Positions 1 to 9,356 of a stretch of DNA of 64,000 nt are shown here, in pieces. The notes below the pieces were generated by a model. That model did not search any database, was not told where the DNA came from, and was given only the letters and a program-made list of their open reading frames with translations. Within the stretch, counting starts at the first letter, position 1. Every line of letters begins with the position of its first letter. This DNA comes from a virus. Made by a program: the position numbers and the translations under genes. Location of the stretch: positions 1 through 64,000 of the IMG/VR virus record IMGVR_UViG_3300035086_000100. One strand, 5' to 3'.

Positions 1-2
1 AG

Positions 3-2237
3 CGCGACCGCGCCGTTCGCGCCCTTGCCGCCGGCCAGCGTGCCCGGCAGGGGGTTCGCGGCACCCGCGCCGCCGCCGCCTGCCGTCTTCCCGGCTTTGA
101 CCGGCACGGTGCCGGCCGCGCCCCCCGCCCCGGCCAGCCCCCCGCCCGCGGTTCCGCCCGTTCCCGTCGCGAACCCGCCGCCGTTCCCGCCGATACCCGA
201 TGGCCCGCCCGCGCCGCCGCCGCCGCCCGCGAACGGCCCCCCGGCTGAACCCGCGCCGCCCTGCCCGCCCGCGTTCACCAGGCCGGAAGTCAGGGTCAGC
301 GTGTCGAACCAGTGCACCTCGGACGCCGCCCCGGTGGCCTTGACCCGGACCCGCGCCCGGCACCACACTGACCCGCCGGGGGGCGTCAGGGTGGCGATTG
401 CCAGGGTCCAGCCGGTGGTCACGTCGGTGAAGTCGGAGCCGAAAATGGTGGAAATGCTGGTGCCGGAGGCGTCGAAGAACTCGGCGCCCACCGAGCAGGA
501 CCGCCCCGACACCGCCGTCTTCGCGTACCCGGTGACCGCCACCGGGAACAGCGGGTCGCACGGCTCGCCCTGGGTCAGGATGTTGCTGCCCGAGCAGGAC
601 CCGGCCGACATATCCCCCGACGCGGCGGACGTCAGCTTCAGTGCCCCGGTGCCGGCCTGGTGCTGGGAGGCGTCGGCGGCGACGGTGGCGTTGCCGGACG
701 ATAGCCAGGTCCCGATCCCGCCGTCGAAGTTGCCCTGCTGCCCGGAGAGCTGCTGGAACGCCGACGCCCCGGTGCCGCCCGCCCCGGACGTCGCCGTGTT
801 GTCGGGCCGGTTCGACCCGCCGTGCGCGGTGACGACCAGCCCGCCGTCCCCGGTGAACGACGCCAGGTCCGCGGTCCCCGAGGTCGAGTTCCCCCCGGCC
901 GGGACGTGCACCGGGTAGGTGTTGCCGGGGGTGACGGGGATGCCGGGCTCGCCGTGGTACTCGCCGCCGCCGCCGCCGGCCCGGAACAGGTTCGACGAGT
1001 CGGAGGAACCCTTCCCGCCCGCCCCGTACGTCTCGGCCCGCTGGATGCTCGTGGTCCCCGCCGCGGCGAGGTGCAGGAAGTCGCCGGGCGTGGAGTACAC
1101 CTTGGTGTGCTGGCTGGTGGTGCCGGCGGGCTGCTGGACCTGCAGGGAGAACGGGGACCGCGCCGACCCGGCGATCCCGGCCAGGTCGATCACGGTCCCG
1201 GTGACCGGCTGCTGCGCGGCGGTGGTGGCGAACGCGACGGCCTGGAACGTGTCGAGGTAGATGTCGGAGTACCGCATGTCGCCTTCGGCCCGCGACGACG
1301 CCTTGATCGTGTACCCGGTGATCGCGCCCAGGTTCAGGGATCCCGTGACGGGGAGGGGCACCCGGATCCGCTGCCACACCGGGGCGTAGGAGTTGTTGGA
1401 CATCTTGACCCGGCGGGTCACGTGGGTGCTGGCCGTGTGGACCCCGTCGCTCAGGGTGAACGTGAACTGCACCGGCCCGGCCTTGCGGCGGCCCCAGAAC
1501 TCGAACCAGTTGCTGGACCCGAACCCGGCCCACACCGTCAGCCCGTTCAGGCCGGCCAGGTTGACCGGCCCGATCCCGGTCCGGGTGTAGACGGCGAGCG
1601 CCCCGGCGCCGTCCGTGCCGGTGAACCAGAACGCCGAGTTCGACCCCGGCCCGGTCGCTGACCGTGACCAGTGCGTCCCGGTCACCGTCGAGTAGTCGTC
1701 GATCACCACGGTCGACCCGGGCGCGGCCTTCCCGCTGATCGGCGACGGGAAATCGGCGACCGTGGGCACGTCGGACCGGCCGTACGGCGCGGCGGTGAAT
1801 GACAGGGTCAGCGTCGACACGAGTCCCTGGTCCAGCGGGATCGAGTAGTCGACCACCGTGGCGGAGGCCCGGTAGCAGTCCAGGACCAGCGGCAGGCCGC
1901 CCTCGCGGGTCCACTTCAGGGTGAACGTCTCGGCGTCGACGGCCCGCACTAGCATTTCCCGTGCCGCCGCGAGGGTGGCCCGGTCGTTCTGGGAGTTCCC
2001 GGTGGACGGGACCTGGATGACGACGGGGATCGACGGGGTCCGGTTCCCGGCCCGCCGGCCCGCCGGCCGTTCCCCGTCCAGGATCAGGCTGGCCACGAAC
2101 GACGACTGCGGGTCCGGGGAGCCGAGTGAGTAACCGGGGCCGAGCCGGAACATCGCGCCCGCGCATTCGGGGATCGTCGAGGCGACGCCGCCGCCCAGGA
2201 GCTGGATCTGCTCGCAGAGTATGAGCGAGTCCGTCAT
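3..2237 (-). CDS. Minor tail protein (distal-tail-like N-terminus, Gly-rich segments); runs off the window end
   Basis: Manually translated frame MTDSLILCEQIQLLGGG... directly after the tape measure gene; no stop seen before the window edge; absent from the ORF track because it is partial. Confidence 0.75.
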   Translation of the reverse strand, partial: MTDSLILCEQIQLLGGGVASTIPECAGAMFRLGPGYSLGSPDPQSSFVASLILDGERPAGRRAGNRTPSIPVVIQVPSTGNSQNDRATLAAAREMLVRAVDAETFTLKWTREGGLPLVLDCYRASATVVDYSIPLDQGLVSTLTLSFTAAPYGRSDVPTVADFPSPISGKAAPGSTVVIDDYSTVTGTHWSRSATGPGSNSAFWFTGTDGAGALAVYTRTGIGPVNLAGLNGLTVWAGFGSSNWFEFWGRRKAGPVQFTFTLSDGVHTASTHVTRRVKMSNNSYAPVWQRIRVPLPVTGSLNLGAITGYTIKASSRAEGDMRYSDIYLDTFQAVAFATTAAQQPVTGTVIDLAGIAGSARSPFSLQVQQPAGTTSQHTKVYSTPGDFLHLAAAGTTSIQRAETYGAGGKGSSDSSNLFRAGGGGGEYHGEPGIPVTPGNTYPVHVPAGGNSTSGTADLASFTGDGGLVVTAHGGSNRPDNTATSGAGGTGASAFQQLSGQQGNFDGGIGTWLSSGNATVAADASQHQAGTGALKLTSAASGDMSAGSCSGSNILTQGEPCDPLFPVAVTGYAKTAVSGRSCSVGAEFFDASGTSISTIFGSDFTDVTTGWTLAIATLTPPGGSVWCRARVRVKATGAASEVHWFDTLTLTSGLVNAGGQGGAGSAGGPFAGGGGGAGGPSGIGGNGGGFATGTGGTAGGGLAGAGGAAGTVPVKAGKTAGGGGAGAANPLPGTLAGGKGANGAVA

Positions 2238-2251
2238 TCACCCGCCCCTGG

Positions 2252-5200
2252 TCATCTCGGCGAGTACGCGGACCGGTAAGCAGATTTCGACGCTGCCGCC
2301 CCGAGGGCTTCGGCGACCCCGTCAGCGGTCATCCCGGCGTTGTCGTAGACGGCCCCGATGAGCCGGGAGATCAGCCCGGCCACGTCGCTGAGGGACGCTC
2401 CCTGCGGCTGGCTGCCGCTGTCCCTGGTCAGGTGCTCGGGCCTGCCGGTGCGGTTGTCCATGAGCGTGATCCCGGGCGGGAGCCAGCCGCCGTTGTCGAA
2501 CGACCGGAGACGGGGGTTCGGCCCGGCCAGCCCCCGCCCCCCGGTCGAGGCACTGGGAGGCACCCCGAAGCCGGTGTTGCCGCCCGAACCGGAGATCAGC
2601 GTGCCCAGGGCGGGGTCGGCGGCGTTCATCATCGTCCCGTTGCCGATACTCAGCCCGACGTGGGTCGCGCCGCCGCCGGTTCCGTAGAAGAACACGAGTG
2701 CCGCCGGCTGGTCGCCGCTGGGCTGCGCCCACAACTGCTGTTCCTGCGACGTACGGGGCGCGGGAATCCCGAAATGGTGATAGACGAATGACGTGTAGCC
2801 GCTGTTGTGGACTACCAGGCCGTTGGCCACGAAGTTGTGCGTGCCGTCGACCGTGATGTCGTAGGTATCGGCCTCGCCGAGCGGCGTCACCGACAGCAGC
2901 GGCTCGGTCTCGAACCGGCCCTGCTCCAGCCTCACCAGCAGGTCGCCGGGCCGCAGGGAGTCAACCTGAATCCACGCGTGCCCGTCGCCGGGCGCGTACT
3001 CCCCGCCAGGGCGGATCACCAGGAACGGGTGATTGCCGCTGGCCTTCAGTTCCCGCGATGCCGTCGCCACCAGGTACGTCATCTGGAAGCGCGGCTCGGA
3101 GCGCCTGAGAACGCGCCTGAGGACCGGCTTTCCCTGGTCCCAGGTGATGACCGTGTCCCCCGCTGTCACGCTCACGATCGGCTTGAGGCCGTCAGCGGTG
3201 CGCACGAGGGAGTCCCCGGTCAGGCAGCAGTCCCAGCCTCCGGGTGTCGTGCCCCCCCACACGTACGGGGTGCCGAGGAACTGCTTGGCGTACTCCAGGA
3301 TCGCCAGCGGCCCCCCGGTAGCATTGCCGAGGCCGCCCAGCAGTTGCGCCCGCGCGGCGGCGATGGACTTGCGGAGAGCGGCTGCGGCTGCCGTGGCGTC
3401 AGCCGACTCGATCATCGACTGGGTTGCGCGCCATTCCCGCGCATCGAACGCGCCGAGACCGTCCGGGGTGCCCGAGAAGCGGGCCGCGAGCCCTCCGCCG
3501 GCCATCTTCGGGAACCGCTTCTCGTTGACCGCGTCCATGAACGCGATGCCGTAATGGGCGACTGCCGCCGCGTTCTGCACGTACTCCTTGTTCGACAGCC
3601 GGAACAGGCCCGCCGTGTCGGAGGTGCCGGTGCCGGGACCGGTGATCAGGCCGCCCGTGGCCGCGCCGCCGTGCAGCTTCCCGGTCCCCCCGCCCACGGA
3701 GATGGTGCCGGCGTTGGTGATCGTGAACGAGCCGGAGCCCTTGACGGAGATCGTGACGGCCTTGGAGTGCACGCCGGCGATCTGGCCGATCAGCTTGTCG
3801 ACCTTCGCCGCGGCCTCTTTCGCGGTGTCCCCGGCGGCGATGAAGTCCCTGATGAGCTGCGCGCGTGCCGCAGCCTTCCCCGCTGCGGTGCTGCCGTTCT
3901 TCTCCACGCCGGCGGTGTAGGTGTCGACCAGCTTGTTGGCCTGCTGAGCGCTAAGGCCCTGGTGCACGAAGTCGGCGACCATCTGCGCCCGGAAATGCTG
4001 CGCGGCATCCGACGCGGTGCCGTTGTGCGCGACGGCCAGGGTGTAGGCGTCGGTGAGGGTTTTCGCCTTCTTGCTGTTCAGCGCCGACGTGGTGAGGTCG
4101 GCGGCGAACTGCGCCCGCGGGATGTGCCCGGCCTGGATCACCGCGGTCAGCTGTTTCGTGGCCTTGGCGAACGCGGCCTGGGCCAGCGCGGCGGCCATCG
4201 ACGACGCTTTCTTTTCCGCCGCCGCCAGGGCCGTTATCTGATCCCCCGCGCCGCGCAGGTTCTTCAGGCCTAGCGCCTTGCCGATATCGGCGTTGCTGCT
4301 GAGCGTCTTGTGGAGCTGATCGGCCAGTTTCCGGTACCCTGCGATGTTGGTGCCGGTCGCCTTGTCTGCCTGAGCCTGCTCGGCGACGAACTTGCCGGCC
4401 TTGCCGGTGACGTTGTCGAAGGCGTTGGCCAGCGTGGCGATGGCGAACGCCCCGGCGGCAGCGAAGTTGACCACCGGGATGAGCGCCGAAACCCCGCCGA
4501 GAATCCTCGCGCCGCCACCCTCTGCCGCCCTGGCAGCACCTCCGCCCGCAGCCCCCGCCGCGCCTTCAGCGCCCGCGACGCCCTTGCCGGCGATGCCGCC
4601 CTCGGCCCCGGCACCCACCATCGTCTCGGCGGCCCGCTGCATGTTCACCGATGCCGTGAGCATCGTGTCCCCGGCGGCCTGCATCGCGGCTGCGCCGCTG
4701 ACCTTGGTGGTGAAGTCGAGGCTGCCGCCGGGCGTGAGCAGGTTCCACAGCTTGGCGAGGCCCTGGCCGACGAAGTTCACCCCGACCGAGATGATCTTGC
4801 GGCCGAAACTGAACTTGGAGATCAGCAGCAGCGAGGCCGCCAGGTCGGCTACCGGCTGCACGAAGCCGGGCGGCAACTTGGCGATCAGGCCGAAGAACCC
4901 GGTCAGCAGCCGGATCTCGGCCCCGCCCGCAGGACCCCCGAGAAGCCCCCCGCCGAGCGTTTTCAGCGCCCCGCCGACCGCCAGCAGCAGATGCCCGACC
5001 ACCGGGCCGTTGTCATGCACCCAGGCCAGGAACTTCTGGATGTCCGCCCGCGACGCATCGGACTGGGACCACGTCAGGAACGAGGTTCCCAGGTGGGTGA
5101 TGCCCTGGTCCACGTCGCCGATCAGGGGCCTGAACTGGGGCAGCAAGATGATGAAGCCGTGGAAGAAGTTCAGCAGCGCCCCGCCGCCGGCGTTGATGAC

Positions 5201-6055
5201 GCTGCTTCCCTCGGTGCCGATGAACTTCGCGAACGCAGAGAACGCGGGCGAGGCCACCAGCGACGCGAACGCCGACCCCAGCGACGACACGACCTGCGAC
5301 ACGTCAGAGACGACGGGTTTCGCGAACGACATGGCCTTGGTGATCCCGGCCATCCACGGCGCCACCGACGCGGCGATCACCGGGGTCAGGGACTTCTTGA
5401 CCGCCGTCCACTGATCCGACATGGCGCCGAGCTGCTTCGACAGCGCGATCTGGGCCGGTGACATGTTGGCGTAGGCCAGGTTGATGGCCTTCTGCTCGGC
5501 CAGGTACGCCGACGACTTCGACGCCCCCGCCGCGATGGCCGCGTTGTACCGTTCCTGCGCGAGCTGGACCTTGGACGCCGCCGAGGACGCCTGCCCGATC
5601 ACCGACTTGGCGACCGAGCCGTACGCCGCGAGGGCGATCCCGCCGGTTGCCAGCGCCGACCCGAACGCCACCGCCGTGCCGGTAGCCGCGCCGAGGACCG
5701 TCATCGCGGCGGGAAGCGCCAGGATCGCCGGGCCGAGCCAGGCCGGGGCCTGCGACAGGCCGCCGGCGATCTTGACGCCGATGGTCTGGTCGGAGAACTT
5801 CTTCAGTTCCGCGATCTTGGCTTTGGCCCTGGCGGTGTCCAGGTCGACGTTGCCCTTGACGACGGGCTTCTTGCGCTTCAGTTTCTCGATCTCGGCGTCG
5901 GCCTTGGCCGGGTCCGCGCTGATCGGGACCGTGACACCTTCGCGGGCGAACTTGTCGGCGTCCGCCCTGGCGGCCCTCAGCTCGTCGTTGAACGGCGTCC
6001 TGTCCAGCGTGAGTCTTGCCTCGACGTCACCTGCGTTAAAAGCCGTGGGACTCAC
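2252..6055 (-). CDS. Tape measure protein with C-terminal NlpC/P60 peptidase interrupted by a mini-intein
   Basis: 1267 aa, Ala/Gly-rich, follows the tail chaperones; GTPYVWGG..WDC / SGYTSFVY..HVG NlpC/P60 motifs. Confidence 0.92.
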   Translation of the reverse strand: MSPTAFNAGDVEARLTLDRTPFNDELRAARADADKFAREGVTVPISADPAKADAEIEKLKRKKPVVKGNVDLDTARAKAKIAELKKFSDQTIGVKIAGGLSQAPAWLGPAILALPAAMTVLGAATGTAVAFGSALATGGIALAAYGSVAKSVIGQASSAASKVQLAQERYNAAIAAGASKSSAYLAEQKAINLAYANMSPAQIALSKQLGAMSDQWTAVKKSLTPVIAASVAPWMAGITKAMSFAKPVVSDVSQVVSSLGSAFASLVASPAFSAFAKFIGTEGSSVINAGGGALLNFFHGFIILLPQFRPLIGDVDQGITHLGTSFLTWSQSDASRADIQKFLAWVHDNGPVVGHLLLAVGGALKTLGGGLLGGPAGGAEIRLLTGFFGLIAKLPPGFVQPVADLAASLLLISKFSFGRKIISVGVNFVGQGLAKLWNLLTPGGSLDFTTKVSGAAAMQAAGDTMLTASVNMQRAAETMVGAGAEGGIAGKGVAGAEGAAGAAGGGAARAAEGGGARILGGVSALIPVVNFAAAGAFAIATLANAFDNVTGKAGKFVAEQAQADKATGTNIAGYRKLADQLHKTLSSNADIGKALGLKNLRGAGDQITALAAAEKKASSMAAALAQAAFAKATKQLTAVIQAGHIPRAQFAADLTTSALNSKKAKTLTDAYTLAVAHNGTASDAAQHFRAQMVADFVHQGLSAQQANKLVDTYTAGVEKNGSTAAGKAAARAQLIRDFIAAGDTAKEAAAKVDKLIGQIAGVHSKAVTISVKGSGSFTITNAGTISVGGGTGKLHGGAATGGLITGPGTGTSDTAGLFRLSNKEYVQNAAAVAHYGIAFMDAVNEKRFPKMAGGGLAARFSGTPDGLGAFDAREWRATQSMIESADATAAAAALRKSIAAARAQLLGGLGNATGGPLAILEYAKQFLGTPYVWGGTTPGGWDCCLTGDSLVRTADGLKPIVSVTAGDTVITWDQGKPVLRRVLRRSEPRFQMTYLVATASRELKASGNHPFLVIRPGGEYAPGDGHAWIQVDSLRPGDLLVRLEQGRFETEPLLSVTPLGEADTYDITVDGTHNFVANGLVVHNSGYTSFVYHHFGIPAPRTSQEQQLWAQPSGDQPAALVFFYGTGGGATHVGLSIGNGTMMNAADPALGTLISGSGGNTGFGVPPSASTGGRGLAGPNPRLRSFDNGGWLPPGITLMDNRTGRPEHLTRDSGSQPQGASLSDVAGLISRLIGAVYDNAGMTADGVAEALGAAASKSAYRSAYSPR
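2804..3226 (-). mobile_element. Mini-intein (141 aa, no endonuclease) in the NlpC/P60 active site
   Basis: Starts CLTGDSLV, block B ASGNHPF, block F TYDITVDGTHNF, ends VVHN followed by Ser. Confidence 0.92.
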
Positions 6056-6348
6056 CCCCCGGCGAGTTCCGCCCTCATCGCCAGCAGGTCAATAACGTCC
6101 GCTCCGGTATCCGCTGTCCGCTGCGTGATCCCGGCCTTCTCCGCCAGTTCCTCGCCGGACTCGGGCAACTCGATCAGGCCCTCGGCGGCGAATCCTTCGA
6201 CGTGGTTCCGCTGCTCCCACCATTCGAGGGAGTCCCATTCGGCCGTGCCGTAGTTGAGGTGGCGTCTCGCCAGATGCAGGATCAGCCGGCGGCTGGAGAC
6301 CGCACTATCGCTAGAGGCGGACTGCCAGCGCCGGTCACGGCTTCCGGG
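6052..6348 (-). CDS. Tail assembly chaperone, frameshifted C-terminal part (GT)
   Basis: Open -1 frame overlapping the upstream chaperone, ending at the tape measure start; EWDSLEWWEQ motif. Confidence 0.65.
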   Translation of the reverse strand, partial: PGSRDRRWQSASSDSAVSSRRLILHLARRHLNYGTAEWDSLEWWEQRNHVEGFAAEGLIELPESGEELAEKAGITQRTADTGADVIDLLAMRAELAGG

Positions 6349-6788
6349 TCCATCACCTCTTTCATCAGCCACTCGACGAACGCGGCCATGATGCGGTGCG
6401 GCAGCAGCAGCAGGATCTCCGTCGACGGGTCGCCGGAGCACAGCTTGGAGAACATGGCGGCCTCGCGCCTGCGGGTGGCGTCGCCCTTCTTCGCGTCCGC
6501 GCTGGCCAGTGCGGCGAGCTGGGCGTCTGTCGCGTCCGGGCCGGGTTCGGCTGCCTCGCCGGCCGCATCCGCGGTTTCCGCGTCCGCTACAGCCGCCCTG
6601 GCTTCCCTCCGGAGCCGCTGCATCTCCCTGGCTGATGCCTGGAGGTATGCCTGCACCTGGAGGGAGGTGGGCTCCCGGATCGTGCCCTTCGCCTCGGCTA
6701 GCTCCCTGATGTTGTTCGGAGGGCCGGCCAGCGCCGAAAAATCGTAGTCAAGTCTCTCAAGCACCGTTCCGGCGTTGAAGGTGGCCAC
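6282..6788 (-). CDS. Tail assembly chaperone (G)
   Basis: Position between major tail and tape measure genes; 168 aa, helical. Confidence 0.75.
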   Translation of the reverse strand: MATFNAGTVLERLDYDFSALAGPPNNIRELAEAKGTIREPTSLQVQAYLQASAREMQRLRREARAAVADAETADAAGEAAEPGPDATDAQLAALASADAKKGDATRRREAAMFSKLCSGDPSTEILLLLPHRIMAAFVEWLMKEVMDPEAVTGAGSPPLAIVRSPAAG

Positions 6789-6803
6789 GGCATCCTTTCC
6801 GGA

Positions 6804-6843
6804 TTGACTTGTGGTGCTACCACAGATAGAGTGGTGCTACCAC
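6804..6843 (+). promoter_or_regulatory. Housekeeping-type promoter with two GTGGTGCTACCAC operator boxes
   Basis: TTGACT-17 bp-TAGAGT; identical 13-bp near-palindromes at 6811-6823 and 6831-6843. Confidence 0.8.
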
Positions 6844-6861
6844 CGAATGAGGGAGCACCGG

Positions 6862-7272
6862 ATGACAGCCGCGAGGGCACAGAAGAACATGGACGCCGCA
6901 CTGGTCCTGCTCGCCGCCCGCTATGAGCGCGTCGCGATGCACGCGGTCAAGGCCACACAGGACGTACCGGCTGACGGCGACGACTACGCCGATGCGGATG
7001 GCCACGAGATCGCCGCACAGTTGGGGATCTGGAACATCCGCGCCATCTCAGGCGGCCGGGTCACGATCCGCAAGACCGGGATCACGCTTCCCTGCGGCAA
7101 CGGCTACTCAGTAACGATCGACCTTGCAGGGAACGACACCTACACCGTGCGCCGGATCTTCACCCGCGCCGGCAAGGTCTGGGTCAAGGGCGAGCGCACC
7201 GACGTTTACGCCGATCAGGTCGGCGAGGTTGCCTACCGCGCCGGGATGTTCCGCGACGTGTGGGCAGCCTGA
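6862..7272 (+). CDS. Hypothetical protein (island cargo)
   Basis: RBS GAGGGAG, downstream of the 6804 promoter. Confidence 0.7.
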   Translation: MTAARAQKNMDAALVLLAARYERVAMHAVKATQDVPADGDDYADADGHEIAAQLGIWNIRAISGGRVTIRKTGITLPCGNGYSVTIDLAGNDTYTVRRIFTRAGKVWVKGERTDVYADQVGEVAYRAGMFRDVWAA

Positions 7273-7514
7273 TGGGCGACCGCCACAAGCACGGCCCGAT
7301 CTCCTTCCGGCCAACGGAGGGGGACCGGGCATGGCTTCACGACTACGCCGCCGAGACCGGTCGGCCAGTGCGCGCCGTACTCAAGGAAGCGCTGGCCGAG
7401 TACCGGCTACACCGCAGCGTCAACGGCAAGATCGTCATCCACAAGGACGGCGATCCCCGGAACAACAACCCCGCCAACCTGGAGATCAGGGAAGCACCAG
7501 AGGAGAAGCAGTGA
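7272..7514 (+). CDS. Ribbon-helix-helix-like regulator with a short HNH-like remnant
   Basis: ISFRP..RAWL..YAAETGRPVRAVLKEAL pattern; HKDGDPRNNNPANL tail; TGATG coupling. Confidence 0.6.
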   Translation: MGDRHKHGPISFRPTEGDRAWLHDYAAETGRPVRAVLKEALAEYRLHRSVNGKIVIHKDGDPRNNNPANLEIREAPEEKQ

Positions 7515-7885
7515 GCTACGCCTACGAAGCCGCGACCGGCAGCAAGCTCGGGATAACCCGGTGCGACGAAGGCCACCTGATGATCACGGCTGTCTCCTGG
7601 GCGAGCGACTCCGGCATACCGGTCTGCGTCGCTGCCCAGGACGCGCCCGGGGTGCTGGACGAGATGTGCGAGTGGGCGCAGATCGAGACCCGCGCGAGCC
7701 TGCTGGCCAAGGTGGCGGGACTGGAGGCCGAGAACCTGCGGCTGAACAGGCAACTGACCGCGAAGTGGCTGGACGAATCGCCGGCCACGTTCTCCGGGCT
7801 GGACGGCGCCGACCCGATCAGGTGGGACGACGACGGCGCACGGCATGCCAGCGAGCCGTCTGGCAGCGAAGTGGACACCCCATGA
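7511..7885 (+). CDS. Hypothetical protein
   Basis: GTGA overlap, RBS GAGGAG. Confidence 0.6.
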   Translation: MSYAYEAATGSKLGITRCDEGHLMITAVSWASDSGIPVCVAAQDAPGVLDEMCEWAQIETRASLLAKVAGLEAENLRLNRQLTAKWLDESPATFSGLDGADPIRWDDDGARHASEPSGSEVDTP

Positions 7886-8172
7886 GGATCTACGTCAGGG
7901 GACCGCACCTAGGACCCGTACGGACCACGCTCTGGTCATCGGGCAGCAGCAGCAACGGCGGGTGCCTGGCCCTGTTCCTCGCGTTCGGGCTGTCCCTGGG
8001 CATAGTCGCGCTCGGGGCGTTCCTGGTCAGTCACTGGCAGGTCACGCTGATAGCGGCCGGGGTGGTAGCGCTTCTGCTGGCCGGAAGGTACGGGAGGCGC
8101 AGGGAAAGGGCTCAGGCGGCAGCGAAGCCGGAGACACCGGAATCGCCGGCCGCGCAAAGCGACCGCAGGTAA
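7882..8172 (+). CDS. Small membrane protein (2 TM)
   Basis: ATGA overlap; two hydrophobic stretches. Confidence 0.6.
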   Translation: MRIYVRGPHLGPVRTTLWSSGSSSNGGCLALFLAFGLSLGIVALGAFLVSHWQVTLIAAGVVALLLAGRYGRRRERAQAAAKPETPESPAAQSDRR

Positions 8173-8181
8173 CAGGAGGCA

Positions 8182-8394
8182 GTGATGGACCTCAAGCCGC
8201 TGGCACCCGGGCAGAAGGTAACGGTCTACAAGATGTACTACTCGTTCTGCCCCAACCCCGGATGCGGTGCGATCAACGACTACGCCGACACGATAGGAGA
8301 AGCACGGAAGAACGCGAAGGCCCACGAGCGCGCCCACAACGCTGGCCGCACGGAGCGACCGGCGGTAACGGGGCCTACGAGCCAAGATGAATGA
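8182..8394 (+). CDS. Small putative Zn-finger protein
   Basis: RBS AGGAGG; CPNPGC...HERAH. Confidence 0.55.
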   Translation: MMDLKPLAPGQKVTVYKMYYSFCPNPGCGAINDYADTIGEARKNAKAHERAHNAGRTERPAVTGPTSQDE

Positions 8395-8561
8395 AGGCTC
8401 CCGCCACGCCCGGGCAGCGCTGCTCCCAGGTCATCCGCTCGCACCTGGGGCACCTTCCCCCGGCCGACATGTGAGAGTTCGTGTCGGCCGGGCTCCCGGT
8501 GACGGTCAGGCTTCCCGGCACCGTGTTAGAGGTCCATGCCGTGGTCATCTTGGCCTCCTGG

Positions 8562-9200
8562 TCAGTAGTGGCGCCACGTCTTGCCGGCGACGATCAGGCT
8601 GATGCTCGGGCCGCTCACGTCGTACTCGGTCGCGAGGTCGGCCTGCAACTCGCCAGCAGCGGCGCGGCTGCGGATGTCCGCGACGATTGCCCACGTGAGC
8701 TTGGCGTGCTTGTTCTTCTCGCCGCGATTCGCCGACCGATCCCGCACCTTGTCTTCTGCGTCCTCGGCGGGTGTGCCGTAGCAGAGATTCGCTAGCCGGT
8801 TATCGAGATAGCGACCAGGACCGTGCCGGACTTGCTGACCCGGAGGGCACGGGCCGACGAACGCCTGCGCGACTAGCTGGTGGACATAGGCGGTTACCCC
8901 GCCCCCGTCCCGGCACAGCTTCACGGCGAGGTAGCCGTACTGGCCGGACGTGAACGGCTTGAGCGTGCGGCCGGGATGCCCTAGCCGGGATTCACTGCGG
9001 ACGCGCCCGAGGTCGCTGACGTCATACAGCCCCTCCCAGCCGACCACGGGAAGCCATCGCTCTCCGGGCAGGTCGGGCGTTACCTTTGGTGCCGGCTGCC
9101 CGAGCGGATCGCCGTACTTGTACCAGCGCTTGTAGTGAGCGCCGCACCAGTCGCGCTTGTGCCAGGGATTGTCGCAGAGCGAGCATGTACGATCGGCCAC
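8562..9200 (-). CDS. Free-standing NUMOD4-HNH homing endonuclease with C-terminal HTH
   Basis: ERWLPVVGWEGLYDVSDLGRVRS (NUMOD4); VHQLVAQAFVGP..VRH..DNRLANL (HNH). Confidence 0.9.
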   Translation of the reverse strand: MADRTCSLCDNPWHKRDWCGAHYKRWYKYGDPLGQPAPKVTPDLPGERWLPVVGWEGLYDVSDLGRVRSESRLGHPGRTLKPFTSGQYGYLAVKLCRDGGGVTAYVHQLVAQAFVGPCPPGQQVRHGPGRYLDNRLANLCYGTPAEDAEDKVRDRSANRGEKNKHAKLTWAIVADIRSRAAAGELQADLATEYDVSGPSISLIVAGKTWRHY

Positions 9201-9356
9201 GTCGATGCCTCTTACCAGGTGTCGGTGACGCTCTGGTGCCTGCTACTTGGAGAGGTGCAGGCACTGGAGCCTAATTCGCACATTCTATCGGATCGATGAT
9301 CCTATGGGTCACTGAACACACTGTGCGGCCTATCCCGATGTCGAATCGGACAAACG

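Noticed and set aside
25-6095. Long plus-strand ORFs opposite the tail and tape measure genes
   Set aside because: Antisense shadows expected in high-GC coding DNA; low-complexity products with no motifs
8400-9356. Group I intron carrying the HNH gene
   Set aside because: The major tail gene ends with its own stop, and no downstream exon or intron core was recognisable
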